Shown here: one piece after another, positions 58,114 through 64,000 of the stretch
How the letters are laid out: every line of letters begins with the position of its first letter
Numbering within the stretch: the stretch's first letter is position 1
Virus record (IMG/VR): IMGVR_UViG_3300033153_008341
From: a virus
Direction: 5' to 3' (one strand)
Length of the DNA stretch: 64,000 bases
Notes under the pieces: model-generated
Databases searched by the model: none
The model's input: the letters and a program-made list of their open reading frames with translations, nothing else
What the model was told of the DNA's origin: nothing
Made by a program: the position numbers and the translations under genes

Positions 58114-61100
58114 TTACCTCAAATTTGACAACGCTCTTGGAGATCTTGAATAAACGTCTTCAAGCTGTTGTGTAAGTGTATCAATTGTCCCATTATCCAA
58201 ACCACCCGATACATTAAAGTTGTTCTGTATAGTGATTCCTCCTGCAGCAACCCCTTGTCCAGCCGGTAAAACAAAACCTGCTGGTGCATTGAATATCTCT
58301 GGTGTGAGTCTCTCAACTAATTGTGCAGTGTTCTTTTCAATCTGAGAAAGAATTTGAACTTGTTCTTCCTCCGGTTCTTCAACACTACGCCCAAGAAGAC
58401 CACCAAATATGGACCCTATAAGTCCTCCACCAATTAGACTAACAATATCCAAGTTCTTAAAAAATAATCCTAATTCTTTGCCTTCACGCTCTGCTTTAGC
58501 TTCTGCACTAGACTTCAATATAGGACCAAGAATACCCCCAAGAGTTTGACCAACATCTGATCCTAATTTAACATCCTCTGGTCGGGTTCCAACTGATTTG
58601 GCTATAGCTAAACCAACTGCTTGTGATACAAGAGTACCAATTCGCCTAGCCGCTGATTCAATAAGAAGTTTCAGTTGGGCTGCTGATCTAGCCGCTTCTA
58701 ACTCTGCTGCTGCTGCTTTTTCTGCAGCTTCTCTTGTATTAGCCTCAATGTGGTCCAACAAAGCATCTGAATGAACAGATGTAGTATGGATTGCTGCTAC
58801 ATGGCCTAATGTATCAACTTGTGTAGCCAAAAGAGGTGTAATTGAAGGCTCGATGTCTAATATAAGTTCTGTCTCTTGTGCTTTCATGGTATTCTTTAGT
58901 TCCACTAAAAGACCAGCTAACCTATTAGCTTCTTCAGTACCCTTTGTAGTCCTATGCTGAAACTCCGAAAACAATTTTTCATACTTTTCACTTAAAGTTC
59001 TACCAGACTCATTTATTGCATGTTGCAAAATCTCATATTGTTTTTGTTCTTGAGGGCTAAGGGGGGTAGACAGTTTTCTAGCTTCTGCAATCTCTTTTAA
59101 AAGCCTCTCAATTTCAGTTTGTTCTACTTGAGCGGCCTGTTGTCCTGGTCCTGGTGGTCTTAAAAGATCCCATACTCTATCTAGTTCCCAGTTTTCTATA
59201 TTTTCTAATGCCTTCAGGTTTTGTCTTTCCTGTTTTGTGGTAGCTGCTGCCCTAGTCTGGAAATCTGCAAATAGTTTTGCATTTTCGGTTGTTAATACAA
59301 CACCAAAATCCCTCATTAAAGATGCTAACTCATCATACTTCTGGGCTTCTTCCAAACTTAACGGCTGAGGTCCACGTAGCGCATCAATGGCATTAGAAAC
59401 GGCCAAACCTTCCTTAGAACCAGTAGTAACACCAGCCTCTGTGATAGCTAATCTATTTAATGCATCACTCATACCCCACAACGCATTATTCAAGACATGT
59501 AAATCCAAAACAAGCACTTTAGGCTCTTCTGCTTTCTCAGCTGTTTTTTGTAAAGCAAGAGTTTCTTCTTGTATCCCCTTCAAATCATCAAGACTTTGTG
59601 TTTGTTTTTGGGCTTCTTCAATAGCCTCATCTTGTTTGGTGTTATAAAGAGTCATCAACTTATTTTGATCTTCTGATAAAGCAATACCGGCTTTTTCTAG
59701 ATCTTGAAGCTCATTATATTTTTTGAGTTGTTCTGGATTTAGTGCTTGGGTTTGTCCTGGAATAGTTCCCGTCGATCCCTCTGTTGTACTACGTAAATCA
59801 ATCTCTTCGCCTCGTGCAGTGGCCTGTAAGGCTTGATAAACCTCTTTGACCCATTCAGGGGTTCTCGCAATGATGTCGTCCATAAATAAACGGGCACCAC
59901 GTAAATGTCCATCCTCAATTATTTGACCTACCACACCACCAGCATCTTCCAATGGACTACGAAGTGCCTTTTTAAACTCTTCATCGTCAACAGCATCCTT
60001 CATGGCTTTTTGGGCGGCTTTTACCATGGTTTCCACATCAGAACGGAGCCTGATAAACACACCCTCCGAAACATCTCCTATGGCCTGTGCAATTACTTGA
60101 GCATCTGTATTTGCCATCACATCAGTTATACCACTGAATAAATCAGCGAATAGATTTCGAAGTCCACCTGTTTCCTGTAATCTTTCAAACCACTTGTCTT
60201 GGTCCGCTATAATATTTTCAATAGTGCTCTCAATATCTGATACACTTGATCCTATAGCATCATATGCCTGTTTTATCTCTTTCTGAATTCCCTTAATTGG
60301 TCGTAGAAGACTACTAATTTTTTCTTGGGCTTCTAATTCACTAGTTAATCTGATGGCACGTTTTTGTTCTATGTTGCCCGATGCAGCTCTAAGTCGTATG
60401 CCTTCCTTTTGTGCATCATTAATCTCACGATAAAAACCAGCATTTGCTTCCACAGCTTTCAATGGGTCCCTCTGGAATTGCAAGTTGTTAAGCTGTATCT
60501 GTATACCAAGAACCTCTTTTACTAAACTGGCCCATTTTGCAGCAAAAGCTACCCGTTTTTGTTCCTCTTTGACACCGGCAAGAATCTCATATTTAATACG
60601 GGCAAAGAATTTAAGTTGTGCTTCTAAGTGTTGCGTGTTTGCTTCGTGTTGTCTACGTTTCAAAATCAACTTCGTGTTGATAATATCCAAAGTATCGGCC
60701 ATCTTTTGAAGCTCTTTATTATCTCTTGCAGCATAGCCTTGACCTGTCTGTATAGCAGCGTTAACAGCTGTCCATTGAATTTCAAGATCAGCTATTTCTT
60801 TGGCGCCCTTTTGAACCCCGCTGATAACACGCCTTATAGCAGAGTCTACAGTAGATATAGCTTCTTTATTAACACTAAATACACCAGGTAAATCTCTAGT
60901 AGCATTTGCTAACACCCGTAGAGCTACAAATTGCTCTGCGAACGCAGCTATAATAGTGGCATTAGATTTTTTGATTGAAGATGTAACAGCGGCTGTGTTG
61001 AAAGTAACAGCGAATAACTTAGTAGTAACTTCCAGCGCTTTTGTCAGCCCAGGTAATACCCCCCCTATAGCTGATGCAAGTTTTCCTGCTTGAGTTATAT

Positions 61101-63681
61101 TCAACAACCCATTATCAACCATACGTTGTAATTCAATATTGACTTCTTCATAGATTGTTTGAAGAGCTCTAGCATTCCTGCGGCCCTTATCTGATTCAAA
61201 CACATTTGATAAAACAACACCAGCGTCTTGGGCTGCCCTAAGAATTTTATCATTGGCTCCAGCTAATGATAAGATGTCTAAAGCCGCACTTTTGGCAGCT
61301 TTACCTATTTGGTTTTCTAGTTGCCCTTGTAGTTTTACTTGTGCCTCAGTTAATTCTACTGTTGTATTTTTAAGACTATCCAACTGAGTTTGGTATGAAG
61401 CAATACCGGTTATAGCTGCTTCTACATTTAATCCGACAAGAAACTGTTCCTTACCCGTTACTGGCGGAAGGTTTAAAGTATCTCTTACAGTGTTACCGGT
61501 CTCTGCTATTTCGCCCATCATCCTGTTAAACTCTGCACCAAGTACAATAAATCTCCCAAGTTCGTCCGTGAAATTAGCACCCGTGAAAAACTGCTCAAAA
61601 TTTATACCAAGCAAGTCAACATTTTCAAACGCCTTTTTAATTTTTGCTTTGAATCCCTCTTGGTCAGCTGCTGGTTCTAAACGTAAAACCAAGGCCTGAT
61701 CTGTCGTCCCTACAAACTTAACTAAGTCGTTGAGTGTAGAGTTTAGTTCAGCCTTAAACTTCCCAACACCTTCATGGAATGGGATTAGTGAAATCTCTTC
61801 AAGACCACGTTTAGTCTCTTGTAAAAGCTTAACAATTTCTTCTAATTGACCTGCTGTAATATTCTCAGCAGATGTTCCAAAAAGTAGTTTAGAAAAAGCC
61901 TCAACTGCATCTTCAGCAGCAATATTACCATCTTTTGAAAGTTCAATAAGTTCTTCTATGGTTTTTTTGATAGCGCTAAATTTGGCTTCAACATTAACAT
62001 TGGCTATGGATGCAAAATTGATATTTTGTAATGCTGCTTTCCACTCAATAAAACGTTTAGTTGATGCTTCAATAATCCTATCTCTACGTTTGGCGTCACG
62101 AGTAAAGAACTCATAAGCACCCGCAAGAATAGCAAGACCAGCTGCTGCACCTAAGATTCCAACCCCCCAAAAAGTAATAGCAGGAGTAGCTCTCTTCACT
62201 AGCCTAGTCATATTAAACAAACTTCGATTAAGCTTCTTTACAGCCTGCTCCTTGTGTAGGGTTTTTGCCGCTGCTTTTAATGTCTCTCGTGTCATTTGAG
62301 GCATTACAGATCTGAATCCTTTGACAGCTATAGACGCAACACCAAAAGAAAAGGCCAAAGAGGTCAATGTCTTAGGAAGTTTGCTACCTACTGCATCAAT
62401 AGCACCACCAACACCAATTTTAACTCTTGTAAGAGAGTCTGCAATACCACCAGAAGAACCAATAACACTTTCCGCAAACTTACTGATTTGGTTAGAAGCA
62501 ATCTGTGATCTTTTAGCATAAGTATCCAACACATCTTGATTGGCCCTAAATGCGTCACCACTGGCCTTTTGTGATTTCTCCAAAGCTTCAAACGCTCTAT
62601 CCATATTACCTAACAAAGCTTGGAATTTTGTATACTGTCTAACCTGAGCAAGTACAATAGCTATATTTTGTTTTTCTACCTGACTTGCAGTTTTAAGAGC
62701 TACGCTCAAATCTTTAAGAATATCACGAATTGAACGAAACCCTTCAGCGCTAGAAAAAACAGCCACCCCTAATTTACCAAGTGCTCTAATTCCTTCTTCA
62801 GATACAATACGAGAAAACACACGCTTTAATGAGTTGGCTGCTTCTTTACCAGACACACGCGATGCTTCTGCAAGGGCAGCGATGTTGGCAAATAGGTCAT
62901 CAATGTTTCCACCTAAGGCTTTTACAGCAGGACCAATGGCGGTAATAGCATCAATCAAATCACTAGCAGTAACGGCAAAGTCAGCTTGGATTCTCATAAC
63001 CTTATCGATAACTTTTTCAGAATCAGCAAATGCAATACCAAAAATTTTGTTGGCTGCAATGATAGCATTAAAAGCTCTTACTGTATCTGCTCCAGCAGTA
63101 TTCATAGCTAACAAAGCCGTACGAGTAGCACTAATAGCATTTTCTGCAACTAAACCAGCTTGAGAGAACTTCTTCAAAATCTCAAACACTTCTAATGGTG
63201 CAACACCAAAGCTAATGGATAAATCAAGCGCCTCCCCTTTTAAGAACTCAAAGTCAGTCGCCCTTGGCAACACCTTTCTAAGTTCAGCCATAGCAGAGTT
63301 AACATCAATAGTTAAATCATAGAACTCTTTCAATTTTATAAACGCACCAAAGATTAAAGCAGCCATAGAACCCCATACAAACACACGACGAGACACATCT
63401 GCTAAAGCATTTTTAGTTTGCCCTGCAGCTTTGTTAAAGTTTTTTACGTTTGTTGTAGCGGTTCCTATATGACCACCAGCAGTTTTAGTCTTTTTACCTA
63501 AATCCTGTACGGCGTTGCCTCCTTCTTTTATCTTCTTAGGATCAACAGGATCGAATTTAAGATTAGCAGCTGCCCCTGGTTTATAGGCTTTTAATTTGGC
63601 TGTTATTTGTGTTAAGCCCGCTTCTAATCCTTTTGTATCTATTGCAGTAGTGATTATAAACGGAGCTGTGTTTTGTGCCAT
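58114..63681 (-). CDS. tail tape-measure-like protein (1855 aa)
   Basis: Extremely long, Ala/Lys/Glu/Leu-rich and predominantly helical, with internal hydrophobic segments. Lies upstream of the distal tail genes. Confidence 0.5.
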   Translation of the reverse strand: MAQNTAPFIITTAIDTKGLEAGLTQITAKLKAYKPGAAANLKFDPVDPKKIKEGGNAVQDLGKKTKTAGGHIGTATTNVKNFNKAAGQTKNALADVSRRVFVWGSMAALIFGAFIKLKEFYDLTIDVNSAMAELRKVLPRATDFEFLKGEALDLSISFGVAPLEVFEILKKFSQAGLVAENAISATRTALLAMNTAGADTVRAFNAIIAANKIFGIAFADSEKVIDKVMRIQADFAVTASDLIDAITAIGPAVKALGGNIDDLFANIAALAEASRVSGKEAANSLKRVFSRIVSEEGIRALGKLGVAVFSSAEGFRSIRDILKDLSVALKTASQVEKQNIAIVLAQVRQYTKFQALLGNMDRAFEALEKSQKASGDAFRANQDVLDTYAKRSQIASNQISKFAESVIGSSGGIADSLTRVKIGVGGAIDAVGSKLPKTLTSLAFSFGVASIAVKGFRSVMPQMTRETLKAAAKTLHKEQAVKKLNRSLFNMTRLVKRATPAITFWGVGILGAAAGLAILAGAYEFFTRDAKRRDRIIEASTKRFIEWKAALQNINFASIANVNVEAKFSAIKKTIEELIELSKDGNIAAEDAVEAFSKLLFGTSAENITAGQLEEIVKLLQETKRGLEEISLIPFHEGVGKFKAELNSTLNDLVKFVGTTDQALVLRLEPAADQEGFKAKIKKAFENVDLLGINFEQFFTGANFTDELGRFIVLGAEFNRMMGEIAETGNTVRDTLNLPPVTGKEQFLVGLNVEAAITGIASYQTQLDSLKNTTVELTEAQVKLQGQLENQIGKAAKSAALDILSLAGANDKILRAAQDAGVVLSNVFESDKGRRNARALQTIYEEVNIELQRMVDNGLLNITQAGKLASAIGGVLPGLTKALEVTTKLFAVTFNTAAVTSSIKKSNATIIAAFAEQFVALRVLANATRDLPGVFSVNKEAISTVDSAIRRVISGVQKGAKEIADLEIQWTAVNAAIQTGQGYAARDNKELQKMADTLDIINTKLILKRRQHEANTQHLEAQLKFFARIKYEILAGVKEEQKRVAFAAKWASLVKEVLGIQIQLNNLQFQRDPLKAVEANAGFYREINDAQKEGIRLRAASGNIEQKRAIRLTSELEAQEKISSLLRPIKGIQKEIKQAYDAIGSSVSDIESTIENIIADQDKWFERLQETGGLRNLFADLFSGITDVMANTDAQVIAQAIGDVSEGVFIRLRSDVETMVKAAQKAMKDAVDDEEFKKALRSPLEDAGGVVGQIIEDGHLRGARLFMDDIIARTPEWVKEVYQALQATARGEEIDLRSTTEGSTGTIPGQTQALNPEQLKKYNELQDLEKAGIALSEDQNKLMTLYNTKQDEAIEEAQKQTQSLDDLKGIQEETLALQKTAEKAEEPKVLVLDLHVLNNALWGMSDALNRLAITEAGVTTGSKEGLAVSNAIDALRGPQPLSLEEAQKYDELASLMRDFGVVLTTENAKLFADFQTRAAATTKQERQNLKALENIENWELDRVWDLLRPPGPGQQAAQVEQTEIERLLKEIAEARKLSTPLSPQEQKQYEILQHAINESGRTLSEKYEKLFSEFQHRTTKGTEEANRLAGLLVELKNTMKAQETELILDIEPSITPLLATQVDTLGHVAAIHTTSVHSDALLDHIEANTREAAEKAAAAELEAARSAAQLKLLIESAARRIGTLVSQAVGLAIAKSVGTRPEDVKLGSDVGQTLGGILGPILKSSAEAKAEREGKELGLFFKNLDIVSLIGGGLIGSIFGGLLGRSVEEPEEEQVQILSQIEKNTAQLVERLTPEIFNAPAGFVLPAGQGVAAGGITIQNNFNVSGGLDNGTIDTLTQQLEDVYSRSPRALSNLR

Positions 63682-63686
63682 GATTA

Positions 63687-63938
63687 TTAACCAATTGTGA
63701 AATTTTGTTTATTTCGTTGTTCGACACGTTGACCTCGTCCTGGTTGGGTATGGCCGGAGGGGCTGGATTTTTTAGCTTTCAGGCTATCCTTCCAGTCTTG
63801 GACATAGTCATCCAATGCGTCATCGTGTTCTAATATCTCTTGTGAGGGTGGTGGAGGGCCTTCGCCAGAGGTTACCCAATCGTAATAGCGTAACCAACTA
63901 AGAAGGTATGTTTGATGATCCGTTAAATCAGCGGACAT
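63687..63938 (-). CDS. small protein upstream of the tape-measure gene (83 aa; possible tail-assembly chaperone region)
   Basis: Position immediately 5' of the tape-measure-like gene on the minus strand. Confidence 0.35.
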   Translation of the reverse strand: MSADLTDHQTYLLSWLRYYDWVTSGEGPPPPSQEILEHDDALDDYVQDWKDSLKAKKSSPSGHTQPGRGQRVEQRNKQNFTIG

Positions 63939-64000
63939 TCGATATTGGTTGTTGGGGAATTTGAAAAGAGGTTGGCCGTGATCCTTGGCATACCGATAAG

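Noticed and set aside
48147-63163. Plus-strand ORFs embedded in the giant minus-strand tail genes (e.g. 54876..55328, 59387..59647, 62834..63163)
   Set aside because: They are antisense shadows of the long structural ORFs, with repetitive Ser/Ala/Ile-rich translations. Each would interrupt an otherwise continuous gene of more than 4 kb.
1-64000. CRISPR array or other long periodic repeats
   Set aside because: No regularly spaced direct repeats were seen. The only tandem repeat is the 2 x 21-bp unit at 17235..17276.

Overview
The window looks like one continuous stretch of a tailed-phage genome or a prophage interior; I see no host housekeeping genes. Identifications rest on hand-read motifs only; no searches or folding runs were possible.

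Coordinates 1-34,150 are a dense plus-strand array of about 70 short genes of 50-150 codons. Many have overlapping ATGA or TAATG junctions and Shine-Dalgarno-like sites. Recognisable larger genes are embedded among them: an SPFH/prohibitin lipoprotein, a PI3K/PI4K-like atypical kinase, a MoxR AAA+ ATPase paired with a VWA protein, a membrane-anchored RuvB-like ATPase, an ATP-dependent DNA ligase, a small radical-SAM protein, a SPOUT RNA methyltransferase, an ECF sigma factor, a SLOG/DUF2493 protein, a macro-like protein and a Fis-type HTH protein. The most striking feature of this half is a large paralogous family of about 27 small proteins that share a hydrophobic core motif of the form W..W..LY..NPL.FLFVWL.

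Coordinates 34,351-47,143 on the minus strand form a replication and nucleotide-metabolism module: DnaG-type primase, a UDG-like protein, ThyX, RecA, a fused SbcD-SbcC (Mre11-Rad50) protein, a ClpP-like protease, DnaB-family helicase, class II ribonucleotide reductase, a tRNA-like element and peptide deformylase. A lone plus-strand tyrosine recombinase (47,275-48,090) sits between this module and a minus-strand tail module. The tail module contains a fibre/host-recognition protein of about 1,802 aa, a 1,408-aa tail protein, a 134-aa protein and a tape-measure-like protein of about 1,855 aa, and continues beyond the window. No DNA polymerase, terminase or capsid genes fall in the window.

Non-coding features of note are a 260-bp element with three consecutive long-stem hairpins (5,567-5,822), a 262-bp non-coding region with a perfect 21-bp tandem repeat and a palindrome upstream of the kinase gene, and an operator-like inverted repeat in the divergent integrase promoter.
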